Positions 27,051 to 39,720 of a stretch of DNA of 64,000 nt are shown piece after piece. This stretch comes from Lama glama (lineage: Eukaryota). Location of the stretch: positions 41,790,001 to 41,854,000 of the forward strand of contig CM052817.1 in NCBI GenBank assembly GCA_028534125.1. Direction: 5' to 3'. A model generated the notes under the pieces. The model worked only from the letters and a program-made list of their open reading frames with translations, was not told where the DNA came from and ran no database searches. Position 1 is the first letter of the stretch, and every line of letters begins with the position of its first letter. A program made the position numbers and the translations under genes.

Positions 27051-29859
27051 AAGAACAGTAGGGAGCCTCAGTGACTCTTCTTTCAACAAATGGAGTGGCC
27101 CCTCTTAGGATTTCAGGAGAAAGGCAGTTTGGCTCCCATCCCCTTAGAGGACTTGTGTGGACTGGCTAACACTGTCCTTCTCTGCAAACAGGGATGCTGC
27201 CCACGAAACACACACACTAATCCAGTGTGATGAACTTTTGTTTAAGTACTCAATATTTAAAAACGTTGGGAAGTGCCATTAAAAATGATAGGTTATAATA
27301 GGTGAATCTGGGTAAAAGGTATACAGATGTTCTCTGTAGTATTCTTGTGTCTTTTCTATAGTTTAAAATCATTTCTAAAAAAAATTCAAAAATGAAAAAA
27401 GCTGGCATAATGAAATGTTATTAAGTAGGTGACATAACAAACTGTGATTTTCTATAAAACAAAAAAAGTCCTCTTTTCATTTCACTTGCAGGTTATACTG
27501 AGAGCTAGAATGAAATACCACAAGCAGAAAGCTCATTCTTGAGAGCACATTCCTGACATTTGTTTCTATTTATTCTATTTAAAAGGTGATGTAGTAAATC
27601 AGTAAGAGTATTTCATAATGTTATTTCCTCTTGGCTATATAACCTAGTTTTTCACTTGTCCAGTCTGCATCTAGAGTTAGATGTATTAGTGTAACTTATT
27701 TTATGTTTAAGGAAAAATTATTATTATTATGAAAACACTTTAAGAAAATCATTTTGGTATTTTTCTTCTCCCATTAGGCCACATTTTATTTTTGGAAAAT
27801 AAAGTCATAGACATGTTTATTAAGCATTTGGTTGAAAAGTAAATGTTGTTCAAAAGAAAATGAATTTGCACAGAAGTCTCTCTTATATGAAAATCATCTA
27901 ACTCCCACTTTCTAAAATTTCAATAAATTATCTTAACATGATCTCAAGTAGAGTTACAAACAATAATTTCTCTTTTAACTGAAGTATGGATTTTATATAA
28001 TTCAGCCATGAAAAATGAAGCATTAAATTTTTTTCTCTATAACTGAATGTAACTTATCTTGTGAGTCCCCATTTTCACTGGTGGCAAAATATATGATCTT
28101 GCCAGTGTAAAATAAGCTCAGTTACATTTTTTCTTCTAGTTTAAACACACTTTCCTTGAGGAAAATATTCTATTGGAGCAGAATTCTCCTCCCTCTTCTC
28201 CCTTTGATCCTTCTAGGGTTAAATTTTTCTTTCTGGTATCACACTGGCTTCAGGGGACAGGTGTCCAATCCAAGTACATTGAATCTACCCATTCTGCCTT
28301 TCTGATATGATGCACAATTCATACTTTTATACAAGGCATACTTTTGTATTTTGATTCTTGTCCCTGCATGTACCTTGAAACATGGATGTCCCTTTTTGCT
28401 TTCCAGTTGCCAGTCATGGGCACACACCACCAACAGTTCACAATGAAGACAGAAAAAGGGAGTTATCAAGAGAAAACTGATAAGCAGAGAGACATAGTAT
28501 CCCCAGCTCTTAACTCTCATCAGCCACAGCTCATACCTATGTGTACATGGCCAACGTTCCAGCAGAGAGGAAACTTGAGTCAGTAACCCCACATATTTGT
28601 AAGGCTAAGGGTCAGGGAAATCTGTGATCTGCATCAGTGGGGACCTCCTCATCAGGGGATGGCTGTTAGAAAGGTGCTGCCTCCGGACCCCAGTGACATT
28701 CTGTTGAACTAAGCCAGCTCTCTGCTAAGCAACCAAGAGAGGAAGAGATTAGCCACCATGGCCACTGGATTTGTCTCTCATCAGCCTAAATCTAACTGTT
28801 GATTAATTTTTATATTTAACTTTTTATCCTGGAATTCTCTGGCATAAGTCAAAGATCTGGTATTTGGTGTTCTTACTTAGTAGTTTTCATAATTAGTTCT
28901 CTTGAACTTTGGAAAAAAATGACATCATTGTCCACCACTGATCCTTTGAATTCTTCCCTTCTGAGTTTATATATTTTGTATTTATTTTGTTAGATTATTT
29001 CTTAGGCTAGAGCCTTCAGAATAATGATAATCTCGCCCAACTGCAGTGAATATCAACATTCTTGCCAGGTTGTCCAACTTTAGTAGGCATGCACCTAGGG
29101 TTTCATCCCTCATTTACATTTACTTGGAATCTCTTAATTTTTAAGAAAACTGCTTTGCTCTACCCTTTACTCCTCCCTACAGAAATGGACAAGTTAGTGG
29201 TTCTTGCTTCTTTCAACCCCGTGGAGCTGAAAAAGCTGTTAAGTGTGAAGTGGTGTAGTGATCCTAGGTAAACAAACTGCTTTGTAGAGCAAAATTTCCC
29301 TTGGGCTAGCTGTTTCAAGATCTATCCTGGGAAAAAGAATAGCAAAGGCAAGCCCATTTGCTTTTATCCTTAGCCATCCTTTTAGTATAGATTTATTTAT
29401 CTGTTTGAAAATCAGTATCACTTTCTCATTCTATCTGATTTCAGGATCTTCTATCAATTGAATCAAAATTTGGGTGAGGAATAGAGAAATCATATATAAT
29501 GTTCTCCAACTCCAACAGTATTTATTGTTTATTCACATCACTTGCATTTCAAAATGCACAAATATGGTACATTTTCCACCAAGGAAAGTTTATCAAATGA
29601 AAAATTTTAAGAAGTATCCAAATAAGACAAAGTCAAAACTTAGGCAAAAGTAAGTTACAGCAGCACAAATTTCCACGTGAGATTAAAAGCTAACCTCTCC
29701 AATTTACCTTGTTAGACAGTTAGGACAGTTAGAATAAGCTGTTACCTCACTCTCATCACCTGTACACTAAAAGTATAGAACCATATTAATTTTTCCTAGC
29801 GGTTCCTTTCTTCAACCCTCTGGAATTGTACTTTATATAATAATCTTGTACGTAAAGCC

Positions 29860-30090
29860 TTAATAATAACTAATATTTATCGAGCATTCACTAAGCACAT
29901 CACATACTCTATCTCATTTAAAGCATTTCACAATTCAATGACTGGGAGCCACAATCATTCTCATTCCTCAGCTGAGGAAACTGAAGTACAGAAAGGCATC
30001 ATTTTCCCAAAATGCTCAAACTAGTAAATACCTGAGCTCAACTATACATCTAAAACTCTTGACTCCAGGGCCTACTATTTTAATCACAGA
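29860..30090 (-). mobile_element. MIR SINE
   Basis: taataataactaatatttatcgagc...gctgaggaaactgaagtacagaaagg...tgactccagggcc. Confidence 0.75.
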
Positions 30091-30122
30091 ATAAGTCTAA
30101 ATCCATTTATTTAAAAATTTCT

Positions 30123-30222
30123 GGGGAGGTTGGTGTAGCTCAAGAGGTAGAGCGTGTGCTTAGCATTCATGAGGGTCCTGGGTTCAATTCCCAGTCCCTC
30201 CTCCAATAAATAAATAAATTAG
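30123..30222 (+). mobile_element. tRNA-Ala-derived SINE (Vic-1-like, camelid)
   Basis: ggggaggttggtgtagctcaagaggtagagcgtgtgcttagcattcatgagggtcctgggttcaattcccagtccctcctcc followed by an (aata)n tail. Pol III A box (tagctcaagagg) and B box (ggttcaattcc) present. 11-bp TSD taaaaatttct at 30112-30122 and 30223-30233, at a TT/AAAA L1-endonuclease site. Confidence 0.85.
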
Positions 30223-30891
30223 TAAAAATTTCTTCCTTATATTTTAGACACCCAGAACCATTCTTTTAGGAACTGTCCATTCCCATGAAGAAAATATCTT
30301 AATTTTTCAATGATGAAAAGAAAATAAACAACGACACTATGAAATAACTGTCATGAGAGCTATGGGACAGATGATGAAACATTCTAAATTTTGCCACTTT
30401 TTGCGACTTTAAGACAAAGCTTGTTTTTTGTTTTAAAGCTCATAACAGTACAGGGAGTTCAGTCTATATTATCATACATTTGCATTTGGAAAATAAATTT
30501 ACACTGTCAAAGGAGAAAACCGACTTAAACAGAAGCTGATTAAATGCTTGAAAATAATTCAAGTCACTATACCATTGAAGTGATTCCAAAAAGTGACATG
30601 GATGTGATATAAGATCCCAAACTACATCAGAACTCCAGGATTTAGCAAAAGGGTAAGAGGGGAGTTCATTCACATAGAGGAAGAGAAAATTTTCTTTGGA
30701 CTAGTTATATCAGATAATATGTTTGTTTAAGGAAAAATAAACAGGTGGGAAAAAGTTCTGCATGCCTAACGTGGAAGGAAAGCATATTGGTGCCTAATAT
30801 ATTGCAGAAACTGTTTTAGTACAACTCATTCTTTCAAAAATATTACCCCTATACAGTGGCCAAGGTCAGTTCGAATTTAGGTAATCTGCTA

Positions 30892-30929
30892 TACACACAC
30901 ACACACACACACACACATACACACACACA
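30892..30929 (+). repeat. (CA)n microsatellite
   Basis: Directly visible. Confidence 0.95.
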
Positions 30930-32697
30930 GCAGATTATATATGTTAAACTGATCTCAGAGGTATTCTGATACTTTACCTTTTAAAAATATTTCCTCTGTT
31001 TATTATTCATGGCTTACTAATTTTTCCCTTTGAGATCTGGTAATCTGTAGCCTTTTGTTTTGCTTTATATCCCAATTTTAAATGTATAACATCCAAGTTT
31101 CCTGCTGATAATCAACAACCTTTATTCCTTCCTTGCTAAAGGCATATATTATGATTTGGTCACATGTCTTATAAAAACACTTCTGCAAATGCTTCACGAA
31201 TAAATGATCCCTTGTAACCTAAACACAAGTTTCAGGCCTCAAAGATTTCCTGGGAGTGTAACAGTAGTAGCCTGCAAGATCAGGAGTGGCAGTACCTCAC
31301 TTTACATGAAACTCATAACAATGCAGTCACGAGGTGCACCTAAGAGACTTTGGGGTCTGTACTCATTGTTAACAGAGGTCCTTAAATACAATACCTGTGT
31401 AATTTTGAAGTCACACTCTGTGGCCTAGTGAAAAAAAGAATAGACTGGAGATGAGGGCATTTATTTTCCAGACCCCACTGGCCACAAACTACATGGCTTA
31501 ACCTCTAGAAGATTCAGTGTTCTTATTCCTCATCAACAATCCCATGTGAGACAGTGGAGAATCAGAGATGGTTCATGGGATATCAATGTTAGGCATGTGA
31601 CTGTAAAGAGTCAAATATTCTCACGGCTAGTAAGAACTTGGAAAAGCACCTCACAAACAACTTATAGAGGTGTCTTAAAGAAGCACTGAAATTACAGGAA
31701 ATGATTTGAGAACAAATTATATGGAAAATGAAGAAAATTATAGAGTTGCAATATAGGTGACAGACCTCTAGACTTGATATATGGTGCGATGGCAGGGATC
31801 CATAATTCATCTGATACTCTTCAGAACATAAAACAGTGCATTGCATAAAATAGGCACTTGGTAAATGTTGCAAATGACATGAATGTGTGCTCGGGGTTTT
31901 TTTCTTCTTGAATTTGGCTGAACGAAAGCCAGCTACTCTACACAAAATTTTTACTTTCACATTGTTGGAGGTGGCTAGAGGCCAAGTGTGACATTTGGGC
32001 ATTCATCCTACCATCTTGTGGATATTCCTTTTTCCAGAGGTGAAATAAATTTACACTGGAAGTAATTTATTCTGGCAAGAAGGTGGGCAAGATTCCTGCA
32101 TTAGGTACCTCACTCAAGACTACATAAAGTGGGAATTCAAAGCAAGATGGCTTCACTCATGATTTCCTTCCTAGAAGAGCTAAGGAAATATGACCTGGAT
32201 ATAACAGTAGGTGAGATATAATTGAACACCTTTGCTCACAGAAGGTTTGAGACTGGGAGCAATGTCAGCTAGGGAACCAGTCAAAGATTTCAAGATATGA
32301 TCCTATAGTGTCCAATATTCCCTATTAGTCACTTGCTTATCAAATCTACAAATGTTGAAAGCCTTTGAGATATGTGAGAGATAGCTACCATGTCGGATTA
32401 AATATTTAGAATTCCAAAATACCCTGATAGATTGGGACAAGTAACCTAAATAACTTGAAAATTTCATTAAATGCTCAAGAAAAAAAAATAATAAATTGTT
32501 GCTTTTGTATGCAAACAAATTAATTCCACTAGCATAAAATGAAGCATTAGGGTTAATAACAATTAATATTAAAAAAAATTAGGACATTCTGTAGATCATG
32601 AGTGTGATGATTGGGTATTCACATACTTGTGTGACATGTGCCTCCCTTGAACCTTGTTATAACGTTGGCACACTACCTGGCTGACTTGAAAAAAAAA

Positions 32698-33197
32698 NNN
32701 NNNNNNNNNNNNNNNNNNNNNNNNNNNNNNNNNNNNNNNNNNNNNNNNNNNNNNNNNNNNNNNNNNNNNNNNNNNNNNNNNNNNNNNNNNNNNNNNNNNN
32801 NNNNNNNNNNNNNNNNNNNNNNNNNNNNNNNNNNNNNNNNNNNNNNNNNNNNNNNNNNNNNNNNNNNNNNNNNNNNNNNNNNNNNNNNNNNNNNNNNNNN
32901 NNNNNNNNNNNNNNNNNNNNNNNNNNNNNNNNNNNNNNNNNNNNNNNNNNNNNNNNNNNNNNNNNNNNNNNNNNNNNNNNNNNNNNNNNNNNNNNNNNNN
33001 NNNNNNNNNNNNNNNNNNNNNNNNNNNNNNNNNNNNNNNNNNNNNNNNNNNNNNNNNNNNNNNNNNNNNNNNNNNNNNNNNNNNNNNNNNNNNNNNNNNN
33101 NNNNNNNNNNNNNNNNNNNNNNNNNNNNNNNNNNNNNNNNNNNNNNNNNNNNNNNNNNNNNNNNNNNNNNNNNNNNNNNNNNNNNNNNNNNNNNNNN
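32698..33197. other. Assembly gap (exactly 500 N)
   Basis: Run of N preceded by a short poly(A). The round length suggests a placeholder of unknown true size. Confidence 0.98.
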
Positions 33198-35039
33198 TGA
33201 AATGGAAATGACAACCTACAGAAAAATGGGCTACCTACCAGTGACAGTATTTAAACTAGCCTATCAGAGAAGTTGAAAAGGGATTTCTATATCAGAAAAG
33301 AGACTGAACAAATGCACTATGCTCTCTTTATTTCTAAGATGCTATGGTTCATGATGATATTGGTGTCAAATGTATCTGTCCTTCTCTTCTCCCTCCCTCC
33401 TTCCTTCCCCCGGTCCTCCCTCCACAAGCCCTTTCTGCCTCCCAGACTCCAAAAGATAAAAATAGAAAATGAGACCTTTTGCCTTCCTAATTCTGTTTCC
33501 TTCAGGTGAGTCACACGAAGTCTGGTAAGTGTGACGAGAGCCCTCACCGTGGGCCAGATGTAGAGTGCTATGTATTCTATGCCCTGCCAACTTCACTTCC
33601 CCCAAAGGAGAAAATATTTTGGAGCTGGATGTCTCTTCTCCCCAAATATTTTCCCAAGAATCTGGGAGAACGCCACTGCCTCAGAAAGCCCACAAGACAA
33701 TATGTGCACTGTCCTTGCTATATAACTTAATAACTATTTCAAACCTGACTACAGATGCCAAATTGGTATGCAGCTTCCTTTCAAATGACACCTCGTCTTT
33801 TAGGTCTTCAGAACAACAGCACTTTGTTGAATTTTATATTCATTTCAGCATATTAGTTCTCAAATAATTGAGATGTCATTTTATTTGATTACTTTTAACC
33901 TCAATACAATAAGGTAGAAAGCATTTAATTAAAAAGTCATCTTAGTTCTGGCCTATCAAATAACACCTGTTGCAAAGCAACAAATACATACAAAATGTTA
34001 AACAAGCCCCCGCCAAAACATAATGTCCAAAGTGTTTCTAAATCATTTGCCACATATATTACATTTCCTGGTATTCCTAGAAATCTTTAAAATATGGGAA
34101 AATCGGCTTTACCAAAAATTATATTCATAATGAACAGAAGACTTTATACATTTGCATATAAATTGCACATATATATGAACATATGATGCTCCTATCAAAC
34201 ATCCTAGTCAGTAAGGATACAATGACATAATTCTGTTTTAAAAAATAAAGTTCTATAATTGGCAAGGATTAAAGTAAATCTACCATTATAAGTAAAAGAG
34301 AATAGGAAATAGTTGGGCTTATTCATGAAGGAAGAAAGGAAGGATGGATGGCAGGAAGGAGGGAGGAGGGAGACAACTGTATCCAAGCAGGAAACCAATT
34401 TATCAGCTAAGCCCTGGAGAAGCTCCGAGGTTGGAAATTCCAGTTACATAAGAGTCAAAGAGTGAGAACTAGGGCTAGAAATAAGATCAATCAAAATACA
34501 CTCCACCTGCATGAACAGATACCAGTAACTAAACAAGCATGCCCCTCAAACACCCAGACAAAGGACTGAAGATTAATAGTTAAAGAAACCTATAAAGTGC
34601 CTGGGGGGAATCAGAACAGGCACTTGATACCACAAAACAGCCTTCCATATTTAAGAGGGCTTCTGCCAAACAGTAAGCTCCCTGACCAATCATAGGTTCA
34701 TGTAAAATCTATCAGAGCTCATAGGCTAGCTTTTATGTTGCCCTTTTCTTAAATATGAATGAAGAATCAAGGAGCATTAAAAATTTGAGAAAAATCTTGC
34801 AATATGATAGACAGGAAATACATACAAAATGATTTACCCCAGAGGACACAGAAGTAATTTAGACAACAGAAAATGAACAAACAAAACAAAAACCTCTAGC
34901 CTCCTCAGCGACCACACAAGAACACAATGCTAGGATGAAAGGACGTCAGTTACAGCAGTGATATACCTGCTCAGCCTGCTGATCTCAAATGATAATATCA
35001 TGACAGTAAAAAAAGAAGAGGAACAGGTACTTAAAGTTA

Positions 35040-35580
35040 ATAAATTAATCTTGGAAAATACCCAAATATTTGGAAAATAAACAATAAAATTTAGATAACT
35101 CATGGGTCAAACAGAAGTCCAAAGGAAAATCAGAAAATAATTTGTACTGCATATAAAATGAATCGCATACAAATGAAAACATGACCTATCAAAATGCCTG
35201 CTGGAGTTAACGCGGTGCTTAGAGAGCTATTTATAGCACTAAAATACCTATGTTGGAAAAGAATACGGTCTCAAGTCAATGATCTAAACTTTCATCTTAG
35301 GAAATTAGAAAAAGAACAAATTAAATCCAAAGTAAGCAGAAGAAACAAAATAATCAAAAAGGCAGACATCAGTGACAGAAACAACACAAAATCAATGAAG
35401 CAGATAACTGGTTCTATAAGACCAGTAAAACTGATAAACCTCAGGCCAGACATCTCAGGAAAAGAGAGAAGACACAAATTGCCAATATCAAGAGTATGAG
35501 TGGATATCACTATAAATCTTAACAGATGTTAAAATGTAAGGAATATTATGAATAACTTTATGCTAATAAACTTGACAAGT
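35040..35580 (+). mobile_element. Degenerate LINE-1 ORF2 fragment
   Basis: ORF 35194-35499 contains AVLRELFIAL...VNDLNFHLRKLEKEQIKSKVSRRNKIIK, homologous to the post-endonuclease region of L1 ORF2p. The surrounding sequence is disrupted by stops and frameshifts. Confidence 0.85.
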
Positions 35581-37599
35581 TTTAAGTGCCAACAAAAAGT
35601 GAGTATCCAGTAAAAGACAAGTATCCTAATTATCATTGTAATTTGTTAACATTGCAAGGGCTCTATATTGGTTATATCTATATTGGTCAAATATGAAGAG
35701 GAGTAGAGAGTTTTAAAAAAAGAGTGACAAAAAACTGAGCCACCTGAGACTTTTCCTCCATCTCTCAAGAACTAAAGCAGAGTATAAACTCATTTGGCCC
35801 CCACGCCAAAGGAAGCAGGTATTCTTGCTATCTTGAGTTTAATGAACATGTTGGTTCAGATCTGGCCCCTCCCCTTGAGTCTCTGCCTAGGATGAGTAAA
35901 CCACAGAGACCAGCAATGGTCAGACACGCAGAAACGGTCCAAAGAAGAGCACCTGCCAACACTGCACTGTTTTTCTCATCTAAAGGAACACTACCCTGGG
36001 AATGATCCAGCTGTAAAATATATCTTTCCCGGGACTCAGGAGTGGGGAAAAAGAAATGGGAAGGTCCCACTGTTTCCCTTTCACTTACAGCATCTAAAGA
36101 GACAAATACTGCTTCAAAAGCTTGGTTGTCAAGAGCACTTAATTCACCACATACTGAGGTTAAGGAGGAAAAGAGAAATCAACATGATTGCTAAATTTCT
36201 GTTTGAGCTTTTGAATACAATATTACAATTTTCTCCGAATAGCACAAACATTAAATTAGAACTGTTAGGTTTTACAACTTTCTGCCAAATTCATCACCAC
36301 GTTTTGCAAATTAGGTTGAGCAAAAATGTTCACAAGTTTTAAAGAGTAATCATTGTTATCTTCCTCTTACTGTTCTGAAGGTTAGCTCTGTTATTTATTA
36401 TAGTAGAGTCAACATCTTCCCTGACAGCTAATTTTTGGTTGAAACTTCTATATGATTTAATTTCAGAAAGTAAAATTATTTTTTGACAGAAGAGCTATTT
36501 AATTCATTCATTTCCAATGACATATTTCATGTATCAAGAATTTTCCTTTTCCGACTGTTTTGTTTCATTGTTCATATTATGAAAGCCATTGTGTTTGTTA
36601 ACATTAAGTAGCCAGAAGTTTTTTCTTAAAATTTATGAATTTGAAGAAACAAATATTACTATAATGTTGCATCAATGGTCAAATAGTCTCATGAATATAC
36701 TTGGCTTTCAATTGCACATATCCAAATCCAAAACAATCTCTGGATGTTTCCTCAGTTGTAGAGAGGAGCAGATTTATAATTTCATCAACATAAAACACTT
36801 AAAAATAGAAGCCCTTATGTATATCAACACAATCAAAACATCCATTTATTTTATATTTTACTGGACCCACTGCATTTTGCATTGCATCTCTCCAAAGTTT
36901 GTAGCAATTAACCTTTGAATTGCCGTGTGACAAGTAATTACATAGCACTGGATTTAGAGGAAGTAATAGCTTTCTTAGAGTCACACAGAGCATGAGTCCA
37001 TAGATTCTAACTCTACCAGTGCTTCTGGAGGTTTCTTCTGGATGAAATTGGAAATAATCTGTTCTCACAAAAGGATTCTGCTAAATGATTATCCTCCCCG
37101 TAACAGAGATAAACTTCACTAATTTTAAGATGGTAGGTTCCCTTGCTGTAAGTCAAGAACTGGACTCTAATTTAAGCCAAATAGAAGTTTTACTGGAATG
37201 ATCCCTGCAGTATCTTCCAGATTCAAAGGCAGGATTGAATGTTCAGAACACAAGAGTAGCTACACAGGCAGTTCAGAGAGCTCCCGCAGTAGGAGTTCAT
37301 GCACCATCTCTCTTAGCGTCAGTGATGTGTAGTTCAGCACTCCTAACGTCACTTCCCAACAGAGAGCATCCTACTGGTCCAACATGAATCAGTCATCCAG
37401 ATGGCTAGCAGAAGACAGGATATCTGTGGCCTCTGGAGGCCCTCATCTGTATCTGGGTTCCTTTCCCAGAGGAAAAAGAATTGTGAGCTGCCACCCCAAG
37501 GTTTGCTCTTTGTATTTGACCTTTTGGCTGCATTTTTTGTTCATTTCCTTATAAACATTTTACTAGACATAATAAATTCACTCATTTAAAACTTCCCCC

Positions 37600-38800
37600 A
37601 AAATATTATAATCTATGTTTCATGTTTCCATTTATGACTAAGAAATATTTCAAATATAAAGAAAATTACAAAGGAGATTAACATAACATATTTATGTAAT
37701 TAATACCCCTTAGCCAACATCCAGCTAAACAGCTTACTCAAATCTTTACATTCTCCCACACTGGCATCAAACATTTTGAAGAAATAAAACAGTACATAAA
37801 AGCCTATTCTTCAATTCTGTTCTTCTCTGCTCTTTCCTTTCCAACCTCCTCCCACCTTGTACAATGTAACCACTTTCCAATATTTGGTGTATATTATCCC
37901 CATGTAGCTTTTATATGGTTAGAACATGAGTGTATCCATACAAATTTATTAATTATTCTGTATGCTTTTAAACTTTACATAACTATTTTTAATGATAATA
38001 TTTGTTGAGAATTTACTGTGCTCCAAATAGAGTTCCAAGCTCTTTGCTTGTGTGAGTTCCTTTAATCCTCACACCCATTTATTGACTTCATTTTGCTACT
38101 AATTCAACAGGCAGACAAGGAAACTGAGGCATAGGAAGGAACAGAGCTTGTCAATAACTGAGGGAGGGTCACTCCTGCACATGTTATTCTGAAACACATC
38201 TTTTTCTTTTAACTTAACGTGATGTTTTTAAGATGATTCCAGGATAATGTACAGAATAAAGCTAGTTTTTCACATTGACAGCTGTACAATATCCCATTCC
38301 ATAAAGAGACCACAATGTGTTCTCATGTTAATGGACATTTAGGTGATTTTGCTAGTCTAAAAAATGCTATAATGGACTTACTTGTAATTATTTTCTTATA
38401 TATATGATCGGCAGTTTCTCTTAGAGATATATATAGATATCTAGTAGATATATATATCTACTAGGTTAACGATTTTATACATCTTTCTTTTTACCAGATA
38501 TTGCCAAATTGCTCTCTGAACTGAATTTAACAATGCACGCTTTTGCCATCTCTGAACATGGTTTCCTCCTTCTTCACATCCTTACCTGCATTTGAAAAGA
38601 TTGTTTTTTTACTTCTTGCCAATTTTGTGTGTGTGAAATGTAACTCTTTTAATTTTCATTTCCCTGATTACTAGCACAGTTGAGTATTCTATATTTTCAC
38701 ACTCTAGTACCATATTGTCTTAGTAATGATGGCTTTTTAATATATGTTATTACGTGGTAAAACTGGTTATCCACACCTTTATTCTTTTTCAGAGTTTCCT
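37600..38800 (-). mobile_element. L1ME-type 3' region with a nested MIR (~37990-38160)
   Basis: taatggacatttaggtg...aatgctataatggac...ccagatattgccaaattgctctc...ttttcatttccctgattactag. Nested aggaaactgaggcatagg is the MIR core. Confidence 0.7.
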
Positions 38801-38949
38801 CAATTCTTTTTTGGAAATTTAAACGTCATTCATTTACTAAAGATCACTAATGGCCTTAATTAAAAAATAATTTTTCTGTGAATGAATATTTTGTTTTGGG
38901 AATAAGATATATATACACACACATGTATATATAATGTATACATATGCAA

Positions 38950-39380
38950 ATGCGGCAGATACCTGGACCACCTGGGATCTCACCAATCACATTTCGTTTT
39001 CTCCTGGCATTCAGCTAGACTGCATTTCCCAGCCATCCCAGGTAGGTATGGCCATATTACTGAGTCTCGGGCACAAGAACTGAGACAGAGAACTCTAAAC
39101 TACACTTTCAGGACTGGCTCATAATCTTCTGCATGATTCCCCTCTCTCTCTTCCCTGAGCTAATTCTCAATATCCAGGGCATTTTCAGAAGCTATATAAT
39201 GAAGATAATAGAGCATGCCTATCAATATAGGTTTCTGAACCGAATGCAAGAAACAGGAAAAGCCCTAATGTAAGTTTATCATGGACAAGGAACTGATCAT
39301 GAAGTGAGAGAGCAATAAGTTACTATATTCAACCACTAAGATTTGTTTTCTTCTATAGCTCACTTCACCGTAATTACTAC
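38950..39380 (+). mobile_element. Old MLT1 (I/J-like) MaLR LTR
   Basis: cagctagactgcatttcccagcc...ggtatggccatattactgagt...aaccactaagatttg. Confidence 0.65.
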
Positions 39381-39395
39381 TTCGTTGTATGTACA

Positions 39396-39720
39396 CAGGT
39401 TCATAATCTTTTATCTGAAATCTTTGGAGCTAGAATTGTTTTAGAATTCAGAGTACATGGATTTTGGTAGGATAATATGGTGAATATTCAAATATTAACC
39501 AGCATTCCCAGGTAAGCCTAGGACAGCATTCATTAGCCTGATACATTCATTTTTCTGTGATGAACTAAAGGGCAGTAACACTAAATGACATCAACTCTAT
39601 CAATAGCCTCATGTCAGGTCAGATTTCATTGCCAAATTAGCTTATTCCAAACTTTAAAAATCTTCTGTTTTTTCAGAACATTGTGGATTTTAGATTGGTG
39701 GTTAACAGATTGTGGACTTG
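39396..39720. mobile_element. Tigger-family (MamRep434-like) non-autonomous DNA transposon
   Basis: Imperfect terminal inverted repeats caggttcataatcttttatc / ttaacagattgtggacttg. Confidence 0.6.

Noticed and set aside
30123..30204. Functional tRNA-Ala gene
   Set aside because: Stems are imperfect, there is an A-rich tail instead of a T-run terminator, and a TSD flanks it, so it is a retroposed SINE.
32638..33276. Longest 'ORFs' (212 aa and 185 aa)
   Set aside because: Artefacts of translating through the 500-N gap.
35194..35499. 101-aa ORF as a host or domesticated gene
   Set aside because: A fragment of decayed L1 ORF2 with frameshifts on both sides.
38579..38600. Gene-strand recursive splice site (tcttttcaaatgcag|gtaagg)
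   Set aside because: Weak pyrimidine tract, and located within an L1ME fragment; not distinguishable from chance without RNA data.
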